Assembly: GCA_036390495.1 (NCBI GenBank)
Contig: DASWBR010000305.1
Span: forward strand, 1 to 42,693
DNA from: Candidatus Deferrimicrobiaceae bacterium
Lineage (GTDB): Bacteria; Desulfobacterota; Deferrimicrobia; Deferrimicrobiales; Deferrimicrobiaceae
Direction: 5' to 3'
Length of the DNA: 42,693 nt
Shown here piece by piece: positions 1 through 7,224 of the stretch. The position numbers and the translations under genes were made by a program. Positions within the stretch are counted from its first letter, which is position 1, and each line of letters starts with the position of its first letter. A model generated the notes under the pieces. It made no database searches, was not told the DNA's origin, and saw nothing but the letters and a program-made list of their open reading frames with translations.

Positions 1-1
1 G

Positions 2-1021
2 GGGGAGGCCGAAGCGCCCTACGAACTCGTCAAGACGATGCGCGCGTCCGTCCTCGTCCTGGGCCCCCTGCTGGCGCGATACGGGCGGGCACGGATCTCC
101 CTGCCGGGAGGGTGCGCCATCGGACCCCGGCCCATCGACCAGCACCTGAAAGGTCTGGAACTCCTGGGGGCGAGGACCACCCTCTCGGAAGGGTACATCG
201 AGGCGACGGCGGACCGCCTCCGGGGGGCTCCCGTCTACCTCGACATGAAAACCGTCACGGGGACGGAGAACCTGATGATGGCCGCGGTCCTCGCGGAGGG
301 GACGACGGTCCTCAAGAACGCGGCGCGGGAGCCCGAGGTGTGCGACCTGGCGCGCCTACTGCGGGCCATGGGAGCGGACATCGAGGGGGAGGGGACCGAC
401 GAGATCGCGATCCGCGGCGTGCGCTCCCTTCGGGGCGCGCGGCACGAGGTGATGGCCGATCGGATCGAGGCCGCCACTCTCCTGCTCGCCGGGGCGATCA
501 CCGGCGGGGACGTGACGGCCCTGGGAGCGGACGGCGGCGCGATGGACGCAGTGCTGGAGAAGCTCCAGGAAAGCGGGGCCGATGTCGAGGTTTCCCCCGG
601 CGCAGTGCGCGTCCGGCGGGCCGGGACGATCCGGTCGGTGAACGTGAAGACGGCGCCGTACCCCGGATTCCCGACGGACGTGCAGGCCCAGTTCATGGCG
701 TACATGTGCCTGGGGGACGGCTTCAGCATCGTGTCGGAGACGATCTTCGAGAACCGGTTCATGCACGTGGCGGAACTGCGGAGGATGGGGGCCCGGATCG
801 ACGTCTCGGGGAACACCGCCGCCGTCAAGGGGGTCCAGGGACTGTCCGGGGCCCCGCTGATGGCGACGGACCTGCGGGCCTCGGCGTCCCTCGTGCTGGC
901 GGGGCTGACCGCCTCCGGGACCACCGAGGTGCTCCGGATCTACCACCTCGACCGCGGCTACGAGTCGCTGGAGAACAGGTTGTCCTCCCTGGGCGCGGAC
1001 ATCGCCCGGGTGAGGGAATAG
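2..1021 (+). CDS. murA: UDP-N-acetylglucosamine 1-carboxyvinyltransferase, 5' end outside window
   Basis: The ORF 38..1021 stays open in frame back to nt 2 ([16 protein letters not shown]...). It has the MurA active-site loop [16 protein letters not shown] and the C-terminal YHLDRGYE motif. Confidence 0.95.
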   Translation, partial: GEAEAPYELVKTMRASVLVLGPLLARYGRARISLPGGCAIGPRPIDQHLKGLELLGARTTLSEGYIEATADRLRGAPVYLDMKTVTGTENLMMAAVLAEGTTVLKNAAREPEVCDLARLLRAMGADIEGEGTDEIAIRGVRSLRGARHEVMADRIEAATLLLAGAITGGDVTALGADGGAMDAVLEKLQESGADVEVSPGAVRVRRAGTIRSVNVKTAPYPGFPTDVQAQFMAYMCLGDGFSIVSETIFENRFMHVAELRRMGARIDVSGNTAAVKGVQGLSGAPLMATDLRASASLVLAGLTASGTTEVLRIYHLDRGYESLENRLSSLGADIARVRE

Positions 1022-1033
1022 GAGGTCCCGGGG

Positions 1034-2329
1034 ATGCGGTGGTACCGATCGGGAACGGCGGGCTTCCGCGAAGCGCTGGCGCGTGCGGAAAACCGGGGGG
1101 CGACGGACTCCGCGAAGGTCGCCGGCGTGGTGGCCGAGGTGATCGCGCGGGTCCGGGAGGAGGGCGACGCGGCGGTCGCGGAATACACCCGCCGCTTCGA
1201 CCGGTTCGACCCGGGGGAAAAGGGGTTCGCGGTCCGGCCGAAGGAAATCGACGCCGCGTGGCGGAGGGTGCCCGCCCCGCTCCGGGCGTCCCTCGCGAAG
1301 GCGGCGGAGCGGATCGAGTCGTTTCACCGGAACCAGCTGGACGACGGCTTCACGGCTTCCCTCCCCGGCGCCGCCCTGGCCCAGCGGGTTCTTCCCGTTT
1401 CCCGGGCGGGCGTCTACGTCCCCGGGGGGAAGGCCGCGTACCCGTCCACCCTGCTGATGAACGCCCTGCCGGCGAGGGTCGCGGGGGTCCCCGAGGTGTT
1501 GGCCGCGTGTTCCGCTCCCGGCGGAACCGTGCCGGACGTGGTGCTGGCGGCGGCGCGGATCGCCGGCGTGTCGGCGGTGTACCGGGTCGGGGGGGCGCAG
1601 GCGATCGCCGCGCTGGCCTTCGGGACCCGTTCCATCCCCCGGGTGGAGGTGATCGCCGGGCCCGGGAACGCCTACGTGACAGAGGCGAAACGCCAGGTCT
1701 TCGGCGCCGTCGGGATCGACATGCTGGCGGGTCCGAGCGAGCTGGTGGTGCTGGCGGACCGTTCGGCGGTCGCGGCGTACGTCGCCGCGGACCTCCTCTC
1801 CCAGGCGGAGCACGACGAAGACGCGTACGTGGCCCTGGTGACCGACTCGGAGGAACTGTCCCGCGGAGTGGAGCGGGAGCTCGCACGGCAGGCCCGCCTC
1901 CTGCCACGGAAGGGGATTCTGGCGGCTTCCCTCTCCCGCGCGGACGGCTTCCTCGTCCGGAGCCGGAAGGAAGGGATCGCAGCGGTGAACCGGCTGGCGC
2001 CGGAGCACCTGAGCATCGCCACCGCCGATCCGTGGAGAACCCTGGACGGAATCCGCAACGCGGGAACGGCGTTCCTCGGACCCTACAGCCCCGTGGCGGT
2101 GGGGGACTACCTCGCGGGGATCAACCACACCCTTCCCACGGGCGGGGCGGCGCGTTTTTCCTCCCCCCTGGGAGTGGCCAATTTCCTCAAGAAAACCAAC
2201 GTGGTATCATATGAGTTTTCCGCGCTCCGGTCCGACGCCCCGCACGTGGTCCGGCTCGCGCGGAAGGAGGGCCTCGTCGCGCATGCGCAGGCGGTCCTGC
2301 AACGCACCCGGGGGAAGGGGAGGCGGTGA
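1034..2329 (+). CDS. hisD: histidinol dehydrogenase
   Basis: 431-aa ORF with HisD-like blocks ([36 protein letters not shown]). It heads a his gene run. Confidence 0.95.
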   Translation: MRWYRSGTAGFREALARAENRGATDSAKVAGVVAEVIARVREEGDAAVAEYTRRFDRFDPGEKGFAVRPKEIDAAWRRVPAPLRASLAKAAERIESFHRNQLDDGFTASLPGAALAQRVLPVSRAGVYVPGGKAAYPSTLLMNALPARVAGVPEVLAACSAPGGTVPDVVLAAARIAGVSAVYRVGGAQAIAALAFGTRSIPRVEVIAGPGNAYVTEAKRQVFGAVGIDMLAGPSELVVLADRSAVAAYVAADLLSQAEHDEDAYVALVTDSEELSRGVERELARQARLLPRKGILAASLSRADGFLVRSRKEGIAAVNRLAPEHLSIATADPWRTLDGIRNAGTAFLGPYSPVAVGDYLAGINHTLPTGGAARFSSPLGVANFLKKTNVVSYEFSALRSDAPHVVRLARKEGLVAHAQAVLQRTRGKGRR

Positions 2330-2919
2330 TGGTGAGGGAAGGGCAGGTCGAGCGGACCACGAAGGAGACGGGCATCAAGCTCTCCCTGCGTCTCGAGGGG
2401 GAGGGATCCGCGAAGATCGGGACCGGGGTCCCGTTCCTCGACCACATGCTCACCCTCTTCTCGCGACACGGACTGTTCGACGTCACGGTGGCCGCGAAGG
2501 GGGACATCGACGTCGATTTCCACCACCTGGTGGAGGACGTGGGGATCTGCCTTGGCGAGGCGTTCCGGCGTGCCCTCGGGGACATGAAGGGGATCCGGCG
2601 CTACGGACACGCGGTCGTGCCGATGATCGAGGCGCTGGCTGCGGTGACGGTGGACGTTTCGGCCCGCCCGCACCTCGTCTACAACTCCCCCCTGGGGAAC
2701 GAGAAGGTGGGGACGTTCGACGTGGAGCTCGTGGAGGAGTTCCTGCGAGCCTTCTCGCAGGCATCCGGGACGTGCGTCCACGTGAACGTGTCCTACGGCT
2801 CCAACGCGCACCACACCGTGGAGGCCGTGTTCAAGGCCCTCGGGCGGGCGATGTCGGAAGCGGTGCGGCTGGACCCCCGCGTCAAGGGCGTCCCCTCCAC
2901 GAAGGGGGTGCTCGGATGA
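2326..2919 (+). CDS. hisB: imidazoleglycerol-phosphate dehydratase (monofunctional, no phosphatase domain)
   Basis: 197-aa ORF with [20 protein letters not shown] and [10 protein letters not shown] motifs. ATGA overlap with hisD. Confidence 0.95.
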   Translation: MMVREGQVERTTKETGIKLSLRLEGEGSAKIGTGVPFLDHMLTLFSRHGLFDVTVAAKGDIDVDFHHLVEDVGICLGEAFRRALGDMKGIRRYGHAVVPMIEALAAVTVDVSARPHLVYNSPLGNEKVGTFDVELVEEFLRAFSQASGTCVHVNVSYGSNAHHTVEAVFKALGRAMSEAVRLDPRVKGVPSTKGVLG

Positions 2920-2932
2920 GGAGTCGTCTCCC

Positions 2933-3586
2933 GTGACCCGGAAGGACGCCATCGGCGTCGTGGATTACGGGATGGGGAACCTGCGATCCGTGAGCAAGGC
3001 GCTGGAGTCGCTGGGATACCCGACTTCGGTTAGCGGGGACGCCCGCGCCCTGTCGTCGTGCCGGGGGGTCGTGTTCCCCGGCGTCGGTGCATTCCGGGAC
3101 TGCATGGGGAACGTGGCGCGGCAGGGGCTGCTCCCGTTCCTCAGGGAATACCTCGCCTCCAATCGGCCGTTTCTCGGGATCTGCGTGGGGATGCAGCTCC
3201 TCTTCGCGGAGAGCGAGGAGTTCGGTCGGCACGAGGGGATCGGGTTCTTCCCCGGGAAGGTGGTGCGTTTCCCCGGGGACATGCCGGCCCCCGGCGGCGG
3301 GGTGCTGAAAGTGCCGCACATGGGGTGGAACGCGGTGGAGGTCCTCTCGGACCATCCCGTCCTGCAGGGGATCCCCTCGGGCACGTACTTCTACTTCGTC
3401 CACTCCTACTACGCGGTCCCCGGGGAGCCCGGGATCGCCGCCTGCCGCGCCGAGTACGGCCTGCCGTTCACCGCCGCGGTGGGGAAGGGAAACCGGCTCG
3501 CTGTCCAGTTCCACCCCGAGAAGAGCCAGTCGGCAGGATTGCGGCTGCTCGGGAATTTCGGCCGCCTGTGCGCCGCGGCGGCGTGA
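2933..3586 (+). CDS. hisH: imidazole glycerol phosphate synthase, glutamine amidotransferase subunit
   Basis: 217-aa ORF with a GTG start. Class I GATase motifs GICVGMQLL (catalytic Cys) and FHPEKS. Confidence 0.95.
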   Translation: MTRKDAIGVVDYGMGNLRSVSKALESLGYPTSVSGDARALSSCRGVVFPGVGAFRDCMGNVARQGLLPFLREYLASNRPFLGICVGMQLLFAESEEFGRHEGIGFFPGKVVRFPGDMPAPGGGVLKVPHMGWNAVEVLSDHPVLQGIPSGTYFYFVHSYYAVPGEPGIAACRAEYGLPFTAAVGKGNRLAVQFHPEKSQSAGLRLLGNFGRLCAAAA

Positions 3587-3599
3587 GGGGACGCAGGCC

Positions 3600-4331
3600 A
3601 TGGCGTTCCAGGTGATCCCGGCGATCGACATCCAGGGGGGAAAGGCGGTCCGCCTGCGCCAGGGGCGCGCGGAGGACGCCACGGTCTTCTCGGACTCCCC
3701 CCTCGACGTGGCGCGCCGCTTCGCCGCCGCCGGGGCCACGTGGCTCCACGTGGTGGACCTCGACGGGGCGTTCCTGGGGAAACCCGTCAGCGCCGACATC
3801 ATCTGCCGGATCGCCTCCGCCGCCGGGGTGCCGGTGCAGGTCGGAGGCGGGGTGCGGAACTTCGAGACCGCGTCCCGCTACTTCGCCGCCGGGGTTTCCC
3901 GCGTGATCCTCGGAACGTCGATCGTCCGGGACCCGGAAGAGGTGACCCGGATCACCCGGGCGTACCCCGGGAAGGTGGCCGCCGGGATCGACGCCCGCGA
4001 CGGTCGCGTCGCGATCCGGGGGTGGGTGGAGGTGACCGGCGTGATGGCCGTGGACCTCGCCCGGCAGATCGGGGAGGCCGGGGTCTCCTGCTTCATCTAC
4101 ACCGACATCGCGCGGGACGGGATGATGGTGGGCCCCAATTTCGACGCCATCCGGGATTTCGCCCGGGGGGTGTCCACCCCGGTGGTGGCTTCCGGAGGGG
4201 TGACGACCCTGGACGATCTCCGCCGGCTCAAGGCGATGGAGGGGGAGGGGGTGGCCGGGGCGATCATCGGACGCGCCCTGTACGACGGGTCCATCGACCT
4301 GGCCGAAGCCCTGAAGGTGGAGCGGGAGTAG
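3600..4331 (+). CDS. hisA: 1-(5-phosphoribosyl)-5-[(5-phosphoribosylamino)methylideneamino]imidazole-4-carboxamide isomerase
   Basis: 243-aa ORF. N-terminus [15 protein letters not shown] and a (beta/alpha)8 HisA/HisF-type repeat pattern. Sits in the his run. Confidence 0.95.
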   Translation: MAFQVIPAIDIQGGKAVRLRQGRAEDATVFSDSPLDVARRFAAAGATWLHVVDLDGAFLGKPVSADIICRIASAAGVPVQVGGGVRNFETASRYFAAGVSRVILGTSIVRDPEEVTRITRAYPGKVAAGIDARDGRVAIRGWVEVTGVMAVDLARQIGEAGVSCFIYTDIARDGMMVGPNFDAIRDFARGVSTPVVASGGVTTLDDLRRLKAMEGEGVAGAIIGRALYDGSIDLAEALKVERE

Positions 4332-4334
4332 TCA

Positions 4335-4497
4335 AGTGCCTCAATTCATCCATACGGTCGCATTCGAGCGCCGCTGCATCCGCTCCTGCTGCGTTGCGTT
4401 CCCTGCGGCGTACTGTAAAGTACGCCTCGGTCACGCGCCTTGCCGGCGCGGCGCATCGACGCTCTCGGTGCAGACCGTATGGATGAACTGAGGCACT
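4335..4497 (+). repeat. Structured intergenic repeat, copy 1 (long hairpin: 25-bp closing stem, conserved interior)
   Basis: 4335-4359 pairs with 4473-4497 (25 bp, one A/C mismatch), and the stem continues inward at 4360-4364/4467-4471 and 4366-4368/4464-4466. It aligns without gaps to 36435-36546 at an offset of exactly 32100. The strand shown is that of the host operon; the functional strand is undetermined. Confidence 0.85.
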
Positions 4498-4501
4498 CGG
4501 G

Positions 4502-5275
4502 ATGCTCGCAAAGCGCATCATCCCGTGCCTGGACGTGAAGGACGGCCGGGTCGTGAAGGGGGTCCGGTTCGTCGACCTCCGGGACGCGGGGGACCCGGTG
4601 GAGATCGCGAGGCGGTACGACCGGGAGGAGGCGGACGAACTCGTCTTCCTCGACATCACGGCGTCCCACGAGAAGCGGGACATCCTGATCGAGGTGGTGC
4701 GGAGGACGGCGGAACAGGTCTTCATGCCACTGACCGTCGGCGGCGGCGTGCGCACGATCGGGGATATCCGGGCGCTCCTGCTGGCGGGAGCGGACAAGGT
4801 GTCGATCAACACCGCGGCGGTGGCCGACCCCGACTTCGTCCGAAGGGCGGCGGAGCGGTTCGGCAGCCAGTGCACCGTAGTGGCGATCGACGCCCGGTCG
4901 GTCCCCGGGGATTCGGGGCGCTGGGAGGTGTACACCCACGGCGGGCGCCGTCCCGCAGGGCTGGACGCCGTGGCGTGGGCCCGCAGGATGGAGGAGTGCG
5001 GTTCCGGGGAAATCCTGCTGACGAGCATGGACCGCGACGGGACGCGGAACGGGTACGACATCGCCCTGACCCGGGCGATCGCGGACGCGGTGCGGATCCC
5101 GGTGATCGCGTCCGGGGGAGTGGGCACCCTCGGGCACCTGCTGGAGGGGCTGACGGCGGGCGGCGCGGACGCGGTGCTGGCGGCCTCGATCTTCCACTAC
5201 GGGGAGCACACCGTGGGGGAGGCGAAGGAGTACCTGCGGCGACACGGCGTTCCGGTCCGGCCCGCTGCGGGCTGA
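4502..5275 (+). CDS. hisF: imidazole glycerol phosphate synthase, cyclase subunit
   Basis: 257-aa ORF with the typical HisF N-terminus [20 protein letters not shown] and ASGGVG near the C-terminus. Confidence 0.97.
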   Translation: MLAKRIIPCLDVKDGRVVKGVRFVDLRDAGDPVEIARRYDREEADELVFLDITASHEKRDILIEVVRRTAEQVFMPLTVGGGVRTIGDIRALLLAGADKVSINTAAVADPDFVRRAAERFGSQCTVVAIDARSVPGDSGRWEVYTHGGRRPAGLDAVAWARRMEECGSGEILLTSMDRDGTRNGYDIALTRAIADAVRIPVIASGGVGTLGHLLEGLTAGGADAVLAASIFHYGEHTVGEAKEYLRRHGVPVRPAAG

Positions 5276-5282
5276 AAGCTTA

Positions 5283-5337
5283 GGGGGACACTCCTCGGTT
5301 TGTTTCCCCCCTGGGACGAAGGGGAAGAGTGTCCCCC
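5283..5337 (+). other. Intergenic stem-loop between hisF and hisI (11-bp perfect outer stem plus 6-bp inner stem)
   Basis: GGGGGACACTC (5283-5293) is the exact reverse complement of GAGTGTCCCCC (5327-5337). The inner pair is TTCCCC (5304-5309) with GGGGAA (5321-5326). No T-tract follows. Confidence 0.7.
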
Positions 5338-5356
5338 GCCAACGACGGGAGGCGAA

Positions 5357-5707
5357 GTGACCGCAGACGACCTGATCGGGTTGGTCAAGTTCGACGAGCG
5401 GGGCCTGGTCCCCGTGGTGACGCAGGACGCGGTGGACAACGTGGTCCTCATGGTGGCGTGGGCGAACGGGGAGGCGATCCGGAACACATTCGCCTCGGGC
5501 CACGCCACCTACTGGAGCCGATCGCGGAAGTCCCTCTGGGTGAAGGGGGAAACCTCGGGCCACTTTCAGGACGTCCAGGAGGTCCTGTACGACTGCGACG
5601 CGGACACGCTGCTGTACCGCGTCCGGCAGCGGGGTCCCGCCTGCCATACGGGGGAGCGGACCTGTTTCTATCGAAGCGCATACCGGCGAGGAGGGGAGAC
5701 CGCATGA
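5357..5707 (+). CDS. hisI: phosphoribosyl-AMP cyclohydrolase (monofunctional, no HisE domain)
   Basis: ORF 5300..5707. I prefer the GTG at 5357, which is preceded by GGGAGG (5347-5352). HisI blocks [17 protein letters not shown] and DCDADTLL are present. The N-terminal extent is uncertain. Confidence 0.9.
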   Translation: MTADDLIGLVKFDERGLVPVVTQDAVDNVVLMVAWANGEAIRNTFASGHATYWSRSRKSLWVKGETSGHFQDVQEVLYDCDADTLLYRVRQRGPACHTGERTCFYRSAYRRGGETA

Positions 5708-6051
5708 GCGAGGAGTGCATTTTCTGCAGGATCGCACGGAAAGAGATGCCGACGCAGCCCATCTACGAGGACCACGACCTGATCGCCTTCGCCGACATCC
5801 ACCCGGTGGCACCGGTGCACGTGCTCATCGTTCCCAAGGAGCACATGGTCAACCTCAACGAGGCCGGGAAGAACGACGTACCCGTCCTGGGCAAGGCGCT
5901 CCGCCTGGCGGCGAAGATCGCCGACGAGAAGGGGGTCGCCGAGTCGGGGTACCGGGTCGTGGTGAACAACGGGGAGCAGGGGGGGCAGGTCGTGCCGCAC
6001 CTCCACCTCCACCTGATCGGCGGAAGGGCGCTCGACCCCAAAATGGGCTGA
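5704..6051 (+). CDS. HIT-family (histidine triad) nucleotide hydrolase
   Basis: ATG at 5704 (ATGA overlap with the hisI stop). The 115-aa product carries the HLHLHLIGG histidine triad. Confidence 0.9.
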   Translation: MSEECIFCRIARKEMPTQPIYEDHDLIAFADIHPVAPVHVLIVPKEHMVNLNEAGKNDVPVLGKALRLAAKIADEKGVAESGYRVVVNNGEQGGQVVPHLHLHLIGGRALDPKMG

Positions 6052-6063
6052 CCGGGAGGGGGC

Positions 6064-6339
6064 TTGAAGCACAACCGGTATTTCGACGGCAGGGTCCAGT
6101 CCCTGGGATTCTCGGATGCCGGGGGAGCCGCCACGGTCGGCGTCATCGACCCCGGGGAGTACGCCTTCGGGACCTCCCAGGAGGAGCGGATGACCGTCGT
6201 GGCGGGGGTTCTCTGGTACCGGATCCCCGGAAAGCCGTGGCTGTCGGCTGCCGAGGGGGAGGGGTTCACCGTTCCCGCGGGGGTCACGTTCGAGGTGAAG
6301 GCGGAAGGACCGGTGGCATACCTCTGCAGGTACCGGTGA
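6064..6339 (+). CDS. ppnP: pyrimidine/purine nucleoside phosphorylase PpnP (DUF1255, cupin)
   Basis: 91-aa ORF with a TTG start. [11 protein letters not shown] ... GEYAFGT ... matches my recollection of the YaiE/PpnP family. Confidence 0.75.
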   Translation: MKHNRYFDGRVQSLGFSDAGGAATVGVIDPGEYAFGTSQEERMTVVAGVLWYRIPGKPWLSAAEGEGFTVPAGVTFEVKAEGPVAYLCRYR

Positions 6340-6360
6340 GCGGGAGCCGTGCCTGTTTTT
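6327..6360 (+). terminator. Intrinsic terminator ending the his-HIT-ppnP transcription unit
   Basis: Stem 6327-6336 / 6347-6355 (CAGGUAC(C)GG with CCGUGCCUG; one bulge, one G-U), a 10-nt loop, then TTTTT at 6356-6360. It overlaps the ppnP stop codon. Confidence 0.7.
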
Positions 6361-6361
6361 C

Positions 6362-6389
6362 TTGACGGAATCAGAAAAAAGCGTAATAT
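6362..6389 (+). promoter_or_regulatory. sigma70-type promoter of the rpsU-yqeY-dnaG-rpoD operon
   Basis: TTGACG (6362-6367), a 16-nt spacer, then TAATAT (6384-6389), set in a locally AT-rich patch about 50 nt upstream of the rpsU ATG. Confidence 0.7.
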
Positions 6390-6436
6390 ATAGTAATTTT
6401 CGGCTTCTATTCGGCACAGGAAGGGGTGATTCATCG

Positions 6437-6634
6437 ATGCCGGGCGTCCGGGTGAAGGAAGAGGAGCCCTTCGAGAGCGTACTGAAGCGATTCAAGAAGC
6501 AGTGCGAGAAGGCCGGGATCCTGTCGGAGATCCGCAAGCGGGAGCATTACGAGAAACCCAGCGTCAAGAGGAAGAAGAAGACGCTGGCCGCCAGGAAACG
6601 GGCCTTGAAGAAAATGAAGAAGATGAGCCGGTAG
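6437..6634 (+). CDS. rpsU: 30S ribosomal protein S21
   Basis: ATG at 6437 follows AGGAAGGGG. The 65-aa basic product is [42 protein letters not shown]... Confidence 0.95.
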   Translation: MPGVRVKEEEPFESVLKRFKKQCEKAGILSEIRKREHYEKPSVKRKKKTLAARKRALKKMKKMSR

Positions 6635-6636
6635 CG

Positions 6637-7107
6637 TTGGGTCTGAAGGAACAGCTGCAGGTGGACATGCGGAAGGCGGCCAAGGAGCGGGACTCCTTGG
6701 CCCTTTCTGCTTTGCGGATGGCCGTGGCGGCGATCCAGAACCGGGAGATCGACGCGGTCACCCGGAAGGAGATGCCGTCCGGGGGCGTCCTGCCCGACGA
6801 GGCGATCTTCAAGCTGATCGTCACGATGGTCAAGCAGCGGCGCGAGGCCATCGAACTCTACGTCAAGGGGAACCGCCCGGAACTGGCGGCGAAGGAGGAG
6901 GGGGAGATCGCCGTCCTGGAGAGGTACCTCCCGAAGGCCCTTTCCGCGGCGGAGGTCGAGGCGCTCGTCCGCGAGGCGATCGCGGAGACAGGGGCCAAAG
7001 CCGCGTCCGACATGGGCCGCGTCATGAAGGCCCTCATGCCGAAGGTGGCGGGCAGGGCCGACGGGAAGGCGGTCAACGAGGCGGTCCGGCGGCTCCTGGC
7101 GGGGTAG
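6637..7107 (+). CDS. yqeY: GatB/YqeY domain-containing protein
   Basis: TTG at 6637, 2 nt after the rpsU stop, gives (M)GLKEQLQVDMRKAAKERD..., a typical YqeY N-terminus. Position after rpsU matches Bacillus. The start codon choice is inferred. Confidence 0.8.
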   Translation: MGLKEQLQVDMRKAAKERDSLALSALRMAVAAIQNREIDAVTRKEMPSGGVLPDEAIFKLIVTMVKQRREAIELYVKGNRPELAAKEEGEIAVLERYLPKALSAAEVEALVREAIAETGAKAASDMGRVMKALMPKVAGRADGKAVNEAVRRLLAG

Positions 7108-7128
7108 CGGGGAACGAACGGGGATCCG

Positions 7129-7159
7129 TCCCGGCGACGGTGTCGCGCGGGATTTTTTT
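7129..7159 (+). terminator. Internal intrinsic terminator/attenuator between yqeY and dnaG
   Basis: 10-bp GC-rich stem 7129-7138 / 7142-7152 (one bulged G at 7147), loop GGT, then TTTTTTT at 7153-7159. Confidence 0.75.
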
Positions 7160-7224
7160 CTTTCCCCCCCGGGGCGGCCGGCGGGACGGCGGCACGGGGC
7201 GCACGGGATGCTTCAGGGAGGCCC

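Noticed and set aside
4394-4421. sigma70-like TTGCGT-N16-TAAAGT inside copy 1 that could act as an internal promoter for hisF.
   Set aside because: The corresponding copy-2 sequence (TTGCGC...CCCGGT) has no -10 box. The TAAAGT is part of the copy-specific GTAA hairpin, so this is most likely coincidental.
4335-4497. Whether the repeat encodes a small protein. Similar peptides appear in the track, for example [14 protein letters not shown] vs MRSLTVLARYASVVRLAG, and [10 protein letters not shown] on the minus strand.
   Set aside because: The peptide similarity only mirrors the nucleotide identity. A 1-nt indel (4447 vs 36547) breaks any shared frame, substitutions show no third-position bias, and the ORFs concerned are read-through tails of spurious frames.
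4335-4497. The repeat as a classical MITE/IS remnant, an integron attC site, a CRISPR repeat, a 6S RNA or a known self-cleaving ribozyme.
   Set aside because: There are no target-site duplications flanking either copy. The terminal inverted repeats differ between copies, whereas MITE TIRs are normally conserved. No transposase or integrase is in the window. No attC R/L box pattern or ribozyme core (for example CUGAUGA...GAAA) was found. The copies are 32 kb apart, not arrayed. 6S paralogues would not share near-identical interiors with divergent stems. A REPIN-like, hairpin-mobilised element cannot be excluded and is kept as an alternative in the findings.
4491-4506. sigma54-like motif AGGCAC-N5-ATGC (GG/GC spacing correct) at the end of repeat copy 1.
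   Set aside because: It overlaps the hisF start codon, so a transcript from it would lack the hisF initiation region. It is not conserved in copy 2, and no enhancer-binding context is visible.
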